Source: Coprobacillus sp.
GTDB lineage: Bacteria > Bacillota_I > Bacilli_A > RFN20 > CAG-826
Direction of reading: 5' to 3'
DNA length: 64,000 nucleotides
Assembly (NCBI GenBank): GCA_021203805.1
Contig: JAJQAM010000046.1
Coordinates: 23,840-87,839, forward strand
Each line of letters opens with the position of its first letter. The stretch's first letter is position 1. The translations under genes and the position numbers were made by a program. The notes below the pieces were generated by a model, which ran no database searches, was not told where the DNA came from, and worked only from the letters and a program-made list of their open reading frames with translations. This document shows positions 19,957 to 31,043 of this stretch, in pieces.

Positions 19957-21095
19957 AAATAATTACTTTATCAAAAGACGATTTTCGCTCAGTCCTTGAA
20001 AGAGCCAAAGCGAGTGATGTTGATCTCGACTATGCTTATGAGGTCTATCTTTTATCATGTGACATCATAAAAGATGCCTCTTCCTCTGATATCTTCTCAA
20101 GCTTTGAGAGAAATAACCCAGTGGACCACGTCTTCTATGTCATTGGCGAAGTGAGCTACTATTTTAAAAGAATCCCTCCTGAAAGAAGAGAGAGCGTGAA
20201 GCAGGACGAAAATCTTAAAAAGAATTTTGCGATTATGGTCGCCGATAAATACCTTTCCCTTTCCTTTTTTAGATATAGCGAGAAACGCTACTCAAATAAG
20301 TTTCTTCCCCAGATATCCACCATTCAGGTTTATCTAAATTTCTTTTTAAATACTTTGCAAACTCTCTCAAAAAAGGATCCACGTACCTCTTTAGTGCTCG
20401 ATATTTTTGATAAATGCGCTAAGCTTGCCTCTACCTCTATCCAGCTACTTGTAGAGGGACATGAAAGCGAGGCCTTCTCAAGCTGGAGAACCCTTCATGA
20501 GTGCGAGTGTATTCTCGCTATCCTCGAGAAATATGGTGACGAGGCCGTGGACGCTTATAACCGCCATATCCTTTACGGCCAGGCCTATCGTAACTTCTAC
20601 GATAAGGAGACAACTGATAAGATCTTTGAGGATATCAAAAAGCAAATGAAAGATCTTGGCCTCAAGAGTAAGGATATGAAGAAGTGGATTGAATACGGAT
20701 GGATTACAGAAATTAAAGGGGTAAGCGAGGAAGAAAAAGAGTCACTTCATTATAATTTCCGCGATGGAATCGAAAAACTTGCCTGCCTAGAGAAATGTAG
20801 TAAGGACTATGATTTATCAAGCGAGCTCATTCACTCAACCCCCACACTTATCTATAAAGACGATCAGTTCTTCTACTATAAAACTTTGACCTGCGTTTAT
20901 TCGACTTTCTTTAGACTTGAAGAAATCTTCTATAATTTCTTTTCTAAGATTGCCGCTAAAGAAGCACTTAGTAGCTACGAAAATATGAGAAAAGTGTATC
21001 TCCCTATTCTCCATTTTAACCACGAGCAGACAGTCGCAGAGTCTCAGGTCTATAACCTTAATCGCTTAAAAGCGAGGCGAGCATCCCGTAAATAA
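19953..21095 (+). CDS. Hypothetical all-alpha protein translationally coupled to addA
   Basis: 380-aa ORF with an ATGA overlap to the addA stop. I recognise no catalytic motif. The segment LLVEGHESEAFSSWRTLHECECILAIL is vaguely DUF5677-like, from memory only. Confidence 0.6.
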   Translation: MKIITLSKDDFRSVLERAKASDVDLDYAYEVYLLSCDIIKDASSSDIFSSFERNNPVDHVFYVIGEVSYYFKRIPPERRESVKQDENLKKNFAIMVADKYLSLSFFRYSEKRYSNKFLPQISTIQVYLNFFLNTLQTLSKKDPRTSLVLDIFDKCAKLASTSIQLLVEGHESEAFSSWRTLHECECILAILEKYGDEAVDAYNRHILYGQAYRNFYDKETTDKIFEDIKKQMKDLGLKSKDMKKWIEYGWITEIKGVSEEEKESLHYNFRDGIEKLACLEKCSKDYDLSSELIHSTPTLIYKDDQFFYYKTLTCVYSTFFRLEEIFYNFFSKIAAKEALSSYENMRKVYLPILHFNHEQTVAESQVYNLNRLKARRASRK

Positions 21096-21112
21096 TAATC
21101 TCGTTTAACCAT

Positions 21113-21142
21113 AAAAAAACTGGGTTTTTGCCCAGCTTTTTT
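21113..21142. terminator. Bidirectional rho-independent terminator between convergent genes
   Basis: AAAAAAA-CTGGG-TTTTTG-CCCAG-C-TTTTTT. Confidence 0.6.
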
Positions 21143-21158
21143 ATTTATGACCTATTTA

Positions 21159-22802
21159 TTATTCATATCCTTCGTAGCAGGATCCGCCGATAAACTCTCT
21201 GACCAAAGAGTTACATGGTATCCATTTAGAGGGCATATCGACGAAGAATTTAAGCATACGGATAAGTCTTTCCGCTGTGGGGTAATAAGGCGAGTCTTTA
21301 TCTACCATGGCTAGAAGCGGTAAGCAGTACTTTTTCATCGCGCATAGCTCATAGGAGAGGAAACTATTAAAGACGAAGTTAGCTCCTTCCTCCGTGTCAT
21401 ATATCCATTTAAACTCTCCTTTACGAACAGAGTCCCAGCTGGATATAGTTTCTTCCGCGGAAGAGTTTCTAAACTGGTAGTCTCTTACCATTCTTCTAAG
21501 AAGTCTAATATCTGTGGATGATAATGGGTTTTCGTTATCGATATTCACTTGCGCCTGAGGGGCTATAAAGATTTTAAACTTCTGGTGATTTGGAATAGAT
21601 CTAGACATCTTTTCGTTTAACGCATGGATTCCCTCAATAATAATCGGCTCATTCTCGGCGATTTGAAGCACTCTTCCCGGCACTCTCTTTCCAAGCTGGA
21701 AATCAAATCTAGGAAGCTGTACCTCTAGCCCTGAGATGAGGTCGGTCATATTATCGTTAAATAAATCAATATCAAGAGCATCGATTGACTCTAGGTCATA
21801 GTTCCCATTTTCATCAAGCGGGCATAGCTCCTTAGGGAGGTAGTAGTCATCAAGCGATATTCTAACGGGATGAATTCCTCTTGAAAGAAGCTCTATTCTA
21901 AGTCTATTCGCAAAGGTAGTCTTACCGCTAGAGCTCGGCCCCGCGATACAGATAAGCCTAATATTTTCGATATCATCTTCAATTCTTTGACCAAGCTCGC
22001 AGAGCTGACGGGAATGATTAGCCTCGCAGAGATTAATGAAGTCAATAATGCCGTCTTCCTTAATGTGTTCATTGATATCCACAACGGTGGAGGCATTAGT
22101 GGCTACGCCGTATTCATGGGCTCTCTTTAGTGTTCTCCCAAATGTTGGTGTGTCCTCAAAGGTGGGGATTTGTCCGTCAAGCTCGCTTCGAGGATACTGA
22201 ATAATAATTCCAGGGGAGTAGAACTTAAGTTTCCATCTCGTTAGATAACCGCTAGAAGGAACCATTCTTGAATACATGTAGTTCTTATAGCCGCAGCATT
22301 CATAGTAGTGGGCGGTCTTCTCAGGCCTATATTTCATGATATCGACCTTATCTTGATATCCCTCTTTTTCAAATATCTTCTTTGCTTCGGCTTTAGAAAC
22401 GATGCAGCGGGTAAAGGGGAGATCCTCTTTTACTAAGCGGTTCATCTCTTCTTTTAGCTCCATGATAAGCTGATTAGTGACAATCACCTTCGGCTCTAAA
22501 ACCTGAAGGAATAGGGATCTAGAAACATTGACTGAGAAACGGATTTTATAATTAGGATGAATATTTCGCATCGCCATAGAGATGAGGTAGCGGAGTGAAG
22601 CTTCATAAATCTTTTGAGCTTCTTTATGGCTCGTGGTAAGGGGCACAACAGTGGCATCTCCTCTTATCACATAGGTAAGCTCCCTCACGCTGTTATTAAC
22701 AAGCGCGCAAATATAGCTCTTATCATCTCCAATTAAATCAAGGATAGATATGGGCTCATCCCTAGTAATTTCTTCGTCATTCAAAACTATCTTAAAAGAC
22801 AT
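21159..22802 (-). CDS. udk: Nucleoside (uridine/cytidine) kinase with N-terminal TGS / ThrRS-like domains
   Basis: 547 aa. P-loop GPSSSGKTTFANRL in the C-terminal half. The N-terminal about 270 aa resemble the TGS plus second-additional-domain arrangement known for long Bacillota uridine kinases. Confidence 0.75.
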   Translation of the reverse strand: MSFKIVLNDEEITRDEPISILDLIGDDKSYICALVNNSVRELTYVIRGDATVVPLTTSHKEAQKIYEASLRYLISMAMRNIHPNYKIRFSVNVSRSLFLQVLEPKVIVTNQLIMELKEEMNRLVKEDLPFTRCIVSKAEAKKIFEKEGYQDKVDIMKYRPEKTAHYYECCGYKNYMYSRMVPSSGYLTRWKLKFYSPGIIIQYPRSELDGQIPTFEDTPTFGRTLKRAHEYGVATNASTVVDINEHIKEDGIIDFINLCEANHSRQLCELGQRIEDDIENIRLICIAGPSSSGKTTFANRLRIELLSRGIHPVRISLDDYYLPKELCPLDENGNYDLESIDALDIDLFNDNMTDLISGLEVQLPRFDFQLGKRVPGRVLQIAENEPIIIEGIHALNEKMSRSIPNHQKFKIFIAPQAQVNIDNENPLSSTDIRLLRRMVRDYQFRNSSAEETISSWDSVRKGEFKWIYDTEEGANFVFNSFLSYELCAMKKYCLPLLAMVDKDSPYYPTAERLIRMLKFFVDMPSKWIPCNSLVREFIGGSCYEGYE

Positions 22803-22908
22803 TCTTTTACCTCTTTATGTAATTCATTATCTTTATTGTAGTTAAATCTACGATTTATTTCAACCCCCTTATTTAGTGGAAACGGGACGCCGATTTTGCC
22901 GATATTTC

Positions 22909-22937
22909 TTGTCCGTACACGGAAAATATAGTAAAAT
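22909..22937 (+). promoter_or_regulatory. Sigma70-type promoter of the atp operon
   Basis: -35 TTGTCC (22909..22914), 17-bp spacer, -10 TAAAAT (22932..22937). Confidence 0.55.
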
Positions 22938-22963
22938 ATTTTTCGCGTAAATGAGTTAAAAAA

Positions 22964-23374
22964 GTGAAAAATTGGTACAAATCTCTCTCTGAAAATTATA
23001 AGACCTCAATCTGGACAGCGCTTGTTGTCCTTTTCGCTTTTCTTGTCTGTATCCCGCTTATTGTTATCGGGAAGAAAGAGTTTCCAATTTCTATTTTAGT
23101 GGGAGGGGCTGTTGGAGCCCTCTTCTACCTTGGACTAGGCCTAACCGAAAATATTTCCTCTAGAAAAACCTCTGAGACCGTAACTATCACTCTTATGTTT
23201 GTGAGACTTGTTTTTGTGGTAGGTATTGTCTTTCTTTTTGGCTATTTATATTACCGCTTAGAATTTCACGTCTTTGAACCGATTACTTTTATCTGTGCTT
23301 ATCTAGTTAGCCTCGTGGTCTTACTTATCGTTCATCTAATCGACGCTCATAAGGAGAAAAAAGCCACATGTTAG
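22964..23374 (+). CDS. atpI: ATP synthase protein I-like small membrane protein
   Basis: 136-aa, 4-TM ORF immediately upstream of and overlapping atpB. The call rests on position and topology. GTG start, no SD. Confidence 0.6.
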   Translation: MKNWYKSLSENYKTSIWTALVVLFAFLVCIPLIVIGKKEFPISILVGGAVGALFYLGLGLTENISSRKTSETVTITLMFVRLVFVVGIVFLFGYLYYRLEFHVFEPITFICAYLVSLVVLLIVHLIDAHKEKKATC

Positions 23375-24141
23375 TCTACGCTAGTGAAGAGTTTAATGAG
23401 AGATTATCCGTTTTTATGGATTTTGATATCGCTGGGGAAGTATGGACCTCTCTTATCTGCATGGTCATTATCCTTATCCTTACTTTCATCGTTGGCTATA
23501 TGGCAAAGCATCATGACCCCTTAAAGAAGACTAAAGGTCTCCTTTATCTCTCCGAGTGGGGAGTGACCTTCTTTGATAGGCTCGTTCGCGATATGATGGG
23601 ACCTCAGTTTGAAGGATTCGGTGGTTATATCATGATCATCGCCATCTATCTCTTCCTCGGTTTCATCTTTGGAATGACTGGTCTTCCCTCTCCATTTACT
23701 AATCTTGCGGTTCCTTTATCCCTTGGTCTATCGACCTTCCTTATGATTCATGGAACCTCAATTTACTATAAGAAGTGGCGCTACTTTAAACGATACGTTG
23801 ATCCTAACCCCATCTTCCTTCCTATTAACTTAATCAGTATGTGGTCCCCTCTCATCTCCCTTACCTTCCGTCTATTTGGTAATGCGGTCGCGGGATGGGT
23901 CCTTATGTCTATTGTCTATAACGCTCTTGAGAATGCCTCGGCAGCGGTATTCTCCTTTGTGGAAAGCGGGCTTGGCTCGATTTGGTTTGCTCCATTTGTC
24001 GCTCCCGCTCTTCACTGCTATTTTGATTTATTCTGCGGCTTCATCCAGACGACTGTTTTCATCTTCTTCTCGATGATCCTTATCTCTCAGGAAGCCCCAG
24101 AAGAAATAGAAGAAAAACTATCATTAGAAGGAGGTAGATAA
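23368..24141 (+). CDS. atpB: F0F1 ATP synthase subunit a
   Basis: 257 aa with the conserved stator arginine segment ISLTFRLFGNAVAG. Confidence 0.9.
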   Translation: MLVYASEEFNERLSVFMDFDIAGEVWTSLICMVIILILTFIVGYMAKHHDPLKKTKGLLYLSEWGVTFFDRLVRDMMGPQFEGFGGYIMIIAIYLFLGFIFGMTGLPSPFTNLAVPLSLGLSTFLMIHGTSIYYKKWRYFKRYVDPNPIFLPINLISMWSPLISLTFRLFGNAVAGWVLMSIVYNALENASAAVFSFVESGLGSIWFAPFVAPALHCYFDLFCGFIQTTVFIFFSMILISQEAPEEIEEKLSLEGGR

Positions 24142-24142
24142 T

Positions 24143-24358
24143 ATGAGTCCTGCTTTATGTGCGGCGATTGCCATTTTCGCAGCCATGCCTAGTGCTTTCT
24201 GTGAAGGGTGGGTTTGTGTGAAAGCCCTCGATGGGATGAGCCGTAACCCAGAAATGTATTCCAAACTAAGAACCACTCTTATTCTTGGTTGTGGACTCTG
24301 TGAAACGACCGCTATTTATTCGTTCGTTATTTCAATCTTAGTGCTCTTCGTTGGCTAG
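24143..24358 (+). CDS. atpE: F0F1 ATP synthase subunit c
   Basis: 71-aa hairpin with RNPE loop and helix-2 carboxylate in GLCETTAIYSFV. See the finding on its Na+-type site. Confidence 0.9.
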   Translation: MSPALCAAIAIFAAMPSAFCEGWVCVKALDGMSRNPEMYSKLRTTLILGCGLCETTAIYSFVISILVLFVG

Positions 24359-24370
24359 TCGAGGTATGTC

Positions 24371-24922
24371 ATGATCGTTCTTGCTGATTTAAGTGAACTC
24401 TTTAACGGCTTTTTAGAGAAACTCATTCCGAGCTTCTGGTCTTTCCTTGTGCAGTTCCTTGCCCTTGTGGTTTTAATCGTGGTCTTCTTAATCTTTGGCT
24501 ATAAGCCTGTTAAGAAGATGCTAAATAAGAGACAAGATCACATCGAGGAGAATATCAAAGAAGCGGAGGAGAATAACGAAATCAGCCGAAGGAACATCGA
24601 AGAGAGCGAAAGGCTCATTCTCGATAGCAAGGTAGAAGCTAATAAGATCATCACCGAAGCGAAAGAAAAGGCGATTGAAGAATCAAATATCATCGTCATG
24701 AACGCCGAGGAAGAGAGTAAAGCTATGAAGAGAAGAGCGGAAGAAGAGATCAAGCAAAAAGAAGCCGACTCTCTTGACGCGATTCATAAGGAAATGGTGG
24801 ACGTCGCTCTTGACGCTTCTAGCGAGCTCCTTAAGAGAAATATTACCAGCGAAGACAACAAGAAACTTGTTAAAGACTTTATTGATGAACTAAGCGAGGG
24901 CGATGATGAGCGAGCTAACTAA
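24371..24922 (+). CDS. atpF: F0F1 ATP synthase subunit b
   Basis: 183 aa. One N-terminal TM helix followed by a long charged coiled coil. Operon position. Confidence 0.85.
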   Translation: MIVLADLSELFNGFLEKLIPSFWSFLVQFLALVVLIVVFLIFGYKPVKKMLNKRQDHIEENIKEAEENNEISRRNIEESERLILDSKVEANKIITEAKEKAIEESNIIVMNAEEESKAMKRRAEEEIKQKEADSLDAIHKEMVDVALDASSELLKRNITSEDNKKLVKDFIDELSEGDDERAN

Positions 24923-25442
24923 AAGATATGCGGTTGGGCTATACTCACTCGTGGAAAGCGAGAAAGACTATCTTTCCTATAAAGACGAAGCGGAAGCTCT
25001 TATCACAATCTTTAGTGAAAACCAGGATTATAGCCGCGCTCTTCAGTCAGCGTTTCTCTCAAAAGAAGAGAAAATTGAACTAATTAATGAGACTTTAGGG
25101 GGTTTTCACCCTTACATGATTAGTTTTATCTCTGTGATTTGTGATAATCACCGTATCGATAACGTGGAGGAGATCCTCTACGACTTTATTTCTCTAATAA
25201 ACGAAAAAATAGGCGTGAAGGAAGGACTTATTTATTCCGCGGAGCCTCTTACTGGTGATGAAATAAAAGAAGTAGAGATGAGTATCTCTAAAAAAGAGAA
25301 ACGTAAAGTCGAGCTTAAAAACGTCATCGATAACACCCTTATTGGAGGGGTCAAAGTCCTCATCGGTGATAAAGTCTATGACGGCACTATTAAAAACAAA
25401 CTAGAAAATCTCAAACTAAATTTATTGAGGGGAGGTAACTAA
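24903..25442 (+). CDS. atpH: F0F1 ATP synthase subunit delta (OSCP)
   Basis: 179 aa. RYAVGLYSL N-terminus and C-terminal LIGGVKVLIGDKVYDGTI. The start could be the second ATG at 24906. Confidence 0.85.
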   Translation: MMSELTKRYAVGLYSLVESEKDYLSYKDEAEALITIFSENQDYSRALQSAFLSKEEKIELINETLGGFHPYMISFISVICDNHRIDNVEEILYDFISLINEKIGVKEGLIYSAEPLTGDEIKEVEMSISKKEKRKVELKNVIDNTLIGGVKVLIGDKVYDGTIKNKLENLKLNLLRGGN

Positions 25443-25445
25443 CCT

Positions 25446-26963
25446 ATGCCGATGGATATTAAACCAAATGAAATAAGCGCTCTTATTAAAGAGAAGATTA
25501 AAAACTATGACCACAAGGTTGAAAATGCTGATGTGGGCACAGTTATTTCAGTAGGTGATGGAATCGCTCTTATATATGGCCTAGAAAAAGCCATGCTTGG
25601 AGAGCTTCTTATCTTTCCTCATGGAGTCAGCGGAATGGTCATGAACCTTGAGCCTGATCATGTCGGAGCGGTCCTTCTTGGAGACGCCGATAAGATTAAG
25701 GAAGGCGATATCGTTAAAAAGAGTAATGCAGTGATGGAGGTTCCCGTTGGGGACGCTCTTCTCGGAAGAGTGGTCAATGCTCTCTGCGAGCCAATTGACG
25801 GCCTAGGCCCTATTAAAACTAAAAGTACCCGCCCCATTGAAGTCATTGCCCCAGGAGTTATTAAGCGTAAATCAGTCGATACCCCTTTAATGACCGGTAT
25901 TAAAGCGATTGACGCGGTCACTCCCATTGGTAGAGGACAGCGTGAGCTTATTATCGGAGATAGACAAACCGGTAAGACCGCAATAGCGATTGATACAATT
26001 ATCAATCAAAAAGGAACAGGCGTACTCTGCATTTATGTCGCTATTGGCCAAAAGAACTCCACGGTTGCTCAAATTGTGGATAAACTCAGGCAGCACGGAG
26101 CTCTTGACTATACAGTCGTGGTTAGCGCTTCCGCGAGTGAATCCGCTCCAATGCAGTATATTGCTCCTTATGCCGGCTGCGCTGTGGCTGAGGAATGGCT
26201 CTATCAAGGTAAGGACGTCTTAATCGTCTATGACGATTTAAGTAAACACGCTGTAGCGTACCGCGCTCTCTCGCTTCTTCTTAAGCGTAGCCCTGGAAGA
26301 GAAGCTTATCCTGGTGATATCTTCTATCTCCACTCAAGACTCCTTGAAAGAGCGTGTAAGCTTAATGAAGCAAACGGCGGCGGCTCTATTACCGCTCTCC
26401 CAATCGTTGAAACTCAGGCGGGAGATATCTCCGCTTATATTCCAACTAATGTTATCTCAATTACCGATGGACAAATCTTTCTTATAACCGACCTATTTAA
26501 CGCCGGTCAAAGACCAGCGATTGACGTTGGACTTTCCGTCTCCCGTGTGGGAGGCGCGGCCCAGTATAAAGCCATGAAACAGGTCAGTGGTTCTCTTAAG
26601 ATTGATCTCGCTTCCTATAACGAGATGAAGTCCTTCTCTCAGTTTGGCTCGGACCTAGATGCCTCCACTGTTAAGATTATTAAGCACGGCGAGGTACTTG
26701 AGGAGATCCTTAAGCAAGGCCAGTATAAGCCCTGTACATTTGATAGAGAAATCTTTGAGCTCTTTATAGGAAAGAATGGATATCTTGATAACTGCCCTAT
26801 TAGTGACGTCAGTCACACTATAAGTGACGCTTATGTCTACGTCACTAATAACCATAAAGAGATACTCGATGCGATTAACACTGAAAAGGCTTTATCAGAG
26901 GAAACAGAAAGAGAACTAAGAGAGGCAATTGAAGCCTATTTAAGCCTATATGGAAAAGAGTAA
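25446..26963 (+). CDS. atpA: F0F1 ATP synthase subunit alpha
   Basis: 505 aa with GDRQTGKT Walker A and other typical alpha-subunit motifs. Confidence 0.97.
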   Translation: MPMDIKPNEISALIKEKIKNYDHKVENADVGTVISVGDGIALIYGLEKAMLGELLIFPHGVSGMVMNLEPDHVGAVLLGDADKIKEGDIVKKSNAVMEVPVGDALLGRVVNALCEPIDGLGPIKTKSTRPIEVIAPGVIKRKSVDTPLMTGIKAIDAVTPIGRGQRELIIGDRQTGKTAIAIDTIINQKGTGVLCIYVAIGQKNSTVAQIVDKLRQHGALDYTVVVSASASESAPMQYIAPYAGCAVAEEWLYQGKDVLIVYDDLSKHAVAYRALSLLLKRSPGREAYPGDIFYLHSRLLERACKLNEANGGGSITALPIVETQAGDISAYIPTNVISITDGQIFLITDLFNAGQRPAIDVGLSVSRVGGAAQYKAMKQVSGSLKIDLASYNEMKSFSQFGSDLDASTVKIIKHGEVLEEILKQGQYKPCTFDREIFELFIGKNGYLDNCPISDVSHTISDAYVYVTNNHKEILDAINTEKALSEETERELREAIEAYLSLYGKE

Positions 26964-26965
26964 TT

Positions 26966-27805
26966 ATGGCCCAGCAACTTATCGCTATTAAATCACGTAT
27001 TAAATCGGTCTCAAGTGTTTTAAAGATCACTAAGGCGATGGGACTAGTCTCCACTGTAAAAGTAAATCGATGGAAAAATAGAATGCTCTCAAATAGAGAC
27101 TATATCGATGAACTTGAAGAGATGGCCTCTTCCCTTCTCTCTAGCTGTAACGTTAAAGACACTCCCTTTGTGGTAACTAATAGTGAGGCTAAAGGCAATC
27201 TCTATCTACTTATTACTTCCTCACTCGGTTTATGCGGCTCCTATAACACTAACCTCTTTAAGTTTGTAGAGGAGATCGTCACTAGTGACGATACCCTTAT
27301 GGTGATTGGTAAAAAAGGCCTTGCTCACTATGAGAATAGTGACCTTCATATTAACACTGACTTTAGTGAATACTCATCCTTTCAAAACGATGATGACGTC
27401 AGAAAGATTGGAGATTATCTAGTAAACGCTTATTTAAATCACGAGTATAAAGAGATTCATATTATCTACACTCATTATAAAAATTCGATAACTTTTTCTC
27501 CTATGGATTTCACTCTTCTCCCACTTCACTCGGAGCAGAGTGAAGATAGTAAATACATCATCTATGAACCGGATAAGAAAGCTATTATTGATAAACTTAT
27601 TCCGATGTATTTATCAAGTACGGTTCACACTAAACTCCTCGAGGCGGAGCTTAGTGAAAATGCCTCCCGCTCCCAAGCGATGGATAATGCCTCAGATAAC
27701 GCTAACGATATTCTTAGCGACTTATCCCTTGAATATAATAAAGCCCGTCAGGGTAAGATAACGGAAGAAATAACTGAAATTGTCGCGGCAAGCCGTGATA
27801 GATAA
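26966..27805 (+). CDS. atpG: F0F1 ATP synthase subunit gamma
   Basis: 279 aa. IKSRIKSV...KITKAM N-terminus and C-terminal RQGKITEEITEIV. Confidence 0.9.
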   Translation: MAQQLIAIKSRIKSVSSVLKITKAMGLVSTVKVNRWKNRMLSNRDYIDELEEMASSLLSSCNVKDTPFVVTNSEAKGNLYLLITSSLGLCGSYNTNLFKFVEEIVTSDDTLMVIGKKGLAHYENSDLHINTDFSEYSSFQNDDDVRKIGDYLVNAYLNHEYKEIHIIYTHYKNSITFSPMDFTLLPLHSEQSEDSKYIIYEPDKKAIIDKLIPMYLSSTVHTKLLEAELSENASRSQAMDNASDNANDILSDLSLEYNKARQGKITEEITEIVAASRDR

Positions 27806-27819
27806 GGAGGAGCATATAG

Positions 27820-29231
<1,412 letters not shown>

Positions 29232-29232
<1 letters not shown>

Positions 29233-29648
29233 TGCCAGTCTTAAATGTTGAAATCTATACACCCACTAAAAAGTATCTCACGATGGATGCTAGTTTAGTC
29301 AGTGTTCAAAGCGATAATTATCGCCTCGGTATTCTCCCGGAGCACGCGGAGATGATTTCAACAGTGGCGATTAGCGAGCTTGACCTTAAGGACGGCGAGA
29401 ATACTTACCGCTTTGCCGTAGGCAAAGGAGTCCTTCATGTAAAGAAGGACAAAGTGACTATTCTCGTAGATTCAATAGAGAGCGATAAAGAAATAGATGT
29501 TAGTAGAGCGCTCCTAGCTAGAGAACGAGCTCTTCATCATCTTAGTAAAAAAGATCCAACAGTGGATCTTGATAGAGCGCAGCAAGCTCTTGATAGAGCC
29601 CTTAACCGCTTAAAAGTTGCTAATTATACAATCCCACAAAATCAGTAA
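29232..29648 (+). CDS. atpC: F0F1 ATP synthase subunit epsilon
   Basis: 138 aa. Beta-sandwich plus helical hairpin pattern. Its start shares the last base of the atpD stop. Confidence 0.85.
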
Positions 29649-30408
29649 TCGTGGATTTTGTAAGATCATAACTTGCCTTGGTTATAGTAAGATTCTCGAC
29701 GTAATAAAGAGAATCTTTTTCTATATCCACTCCCATACTAACAAGATTTTGCTCTAAACTATTTTCAATTTGGTTTAGGTTAATGAAAAGCGTTGGAGTG
29801 CTTTTACTCTTAACTTCATTATAAACCGAGTTATAAATATTAAGGGATTCAGAGCTAGCGCCGTCATAAACAAGCATCATATATGAATCAAAGTCGCTAT
29901 TAAACTGCTCAAACGAAGACGATAAGGATAAGGTATAAAGCGAGGCAAATTCAAAGTAATATCTCAAAGTGGACTTTAACCTACCATTATTATAGAATCG
30001 TGATGGGTCAATAGCTGTTATTAGCTCTCCATTTTGGATGATACGAAACTGGGGAGTAACCGCCTCTTCATTTAGCACTCCTGGTATCTGACTTGACACA
30101 GAGTAATATTCAGTTGAGGTTTCAACCTCCCACATATAAACCGTGTTATGATACTTCTCGCTCTCCATCACTTCTTTGAAGGTTTCATCGGCGTCGAGGC
30201 AGTGAGAGCAGTAGTCGGAGTGGACAAAAAGGAAAAACTCCATCTCTGAATTTACCATTGAGATTAGTGTTTCTCCGCTGACACTGACATAATTAACTCC
30301 GTTATCTATGTCATAGTTATATAAATCGATATATTTTTCGCTATTACATGAAGAGAGAGCTAGCGGTAAGACCGCCATTAAAGAAATGAGTGCTTTTTTA
30401 GTTCGCAT
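29620..30408 (-). CDS. Thioredoxin-fold lipoprotein with CxxC motif
   Basis: 262 aa. Signal peptide plus lipobox MRTKKALISLMAVLPLALSS-C. CSHC in FVHSDYCSHCLDADETF. The 3' end overlaps atpC convergently by 29 nt. Confidence 0.65.
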   Translation of the reverse strand: MRTKKALISLMAVLPLALSSCNSEKYIDLYNYDIDNGVNYVSVSGETLISMVNSEMEFFLFVHSDYCSHCLDADETFKEVMESEKYHNTVYMWEVETSTEYYSVSSQIPGVLNEEAVTPQFRIIQNGELITAIDPSRFYNNGRLKSTLRYYFEFASLYTLSLSSSFEQFNSDFDSYMMLVYDGASSESLNIYNSVYNEVKSKSTPTLFINLNQIENSLEQNLVSMGVDIEKDSLYYVENLTITKASYDLTKSTITDFVGLYN

Positions 30409-30479
30409 ATGTTTATAATATACTTGTCTTTTAAAATTGTTAATAAATTTTAAATCCTCAAAAAAAGGAGAAAAATATT

Positions 30480-31043
30480 ATGAATCCATGGCATGATGTT
30501 AACCCCTCAAGAGTCAGTGAAGATCAGTTTGTGACCTGTATTGAAATCTCTAAGGGAAGCAAAGCAAAATATGAAGTTGATAAGGAGACAGGTCTACTCG
30601 TTCTTGATAGAATTCTCTTTACTTCGTCAATTTACCCTCAAAACTATGGCTTTATCCCGCTTTCTTATGGAGAAGACTATGATCCACTTGATGTCCTTCT
30701 TCTTTCAAGTGAGCCAATCTTACCCTTATCTTTAGTGGAGTCTCGTCCTATTGGAGTTCTTAACATGGTGGACCAAGGGCTAAGAGATACGAAGATTATT
30801 GCAGTGGCAACCTCTGACCCCTTCTATAACATCTATAACGATCTAAGCGAGCTCCCCTCTCACATTATGGATGAGATAAAGCATTTCTTTACCGTCTATA
30901 AAGAGCTTGAAGGTAAACCCACTGCTATCGAGCAGTCCTTTGGAGCGACCGAAGCAAAAAAGATTATAGCGAACGCTTTAAAGAGCTATAAAAAGAATAT
31001 TCAGCCAGTCATTAAAGCCGAGAGAAAAGCTCGAGGATATTAA
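30480..31043 (+). CDS. ppa: Inorganic pyrophosphatase (family I)
   Basis: 187 aa with KYEVDKETG, YPQNYGFIP, DGDPLDV-like (EDYDPLDVLLL) and DTKIIAV. AAGGAG SD. Confidence 0.93.
   Translation: MNPWHDVNPSRVSEDQFVTCIEISKGSKAKYEVDKETGLLVLDRILFTSSIYPQNYGFIPLSYGEDYDPLDVLLLSSEPILPLSLVESRPIGVLNMVDQGLRDTKIIAVATSDPFYNIYNDLSELPSHIMDEIKHFFTVYKELEGKPTAIEQSFGATEAKKIIANALKSYKKNIQPVIKAERKARGY

Noticed and set aside
25658-26207. Antisense ORFs inside atpA (25658..26005, 25887..26207), and similar ones inside stp (40191..40574), glgC (47048..47440), priA (35663..35968) and the ABC gene (59628..59951)
   Set aside because: All are embedded opposite highly conserved genes, and the sense-strand product is unambiguous. 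I treat them as typical shadow ORFs. The same applies to the remaining short track ORFs that overlap larger genes.
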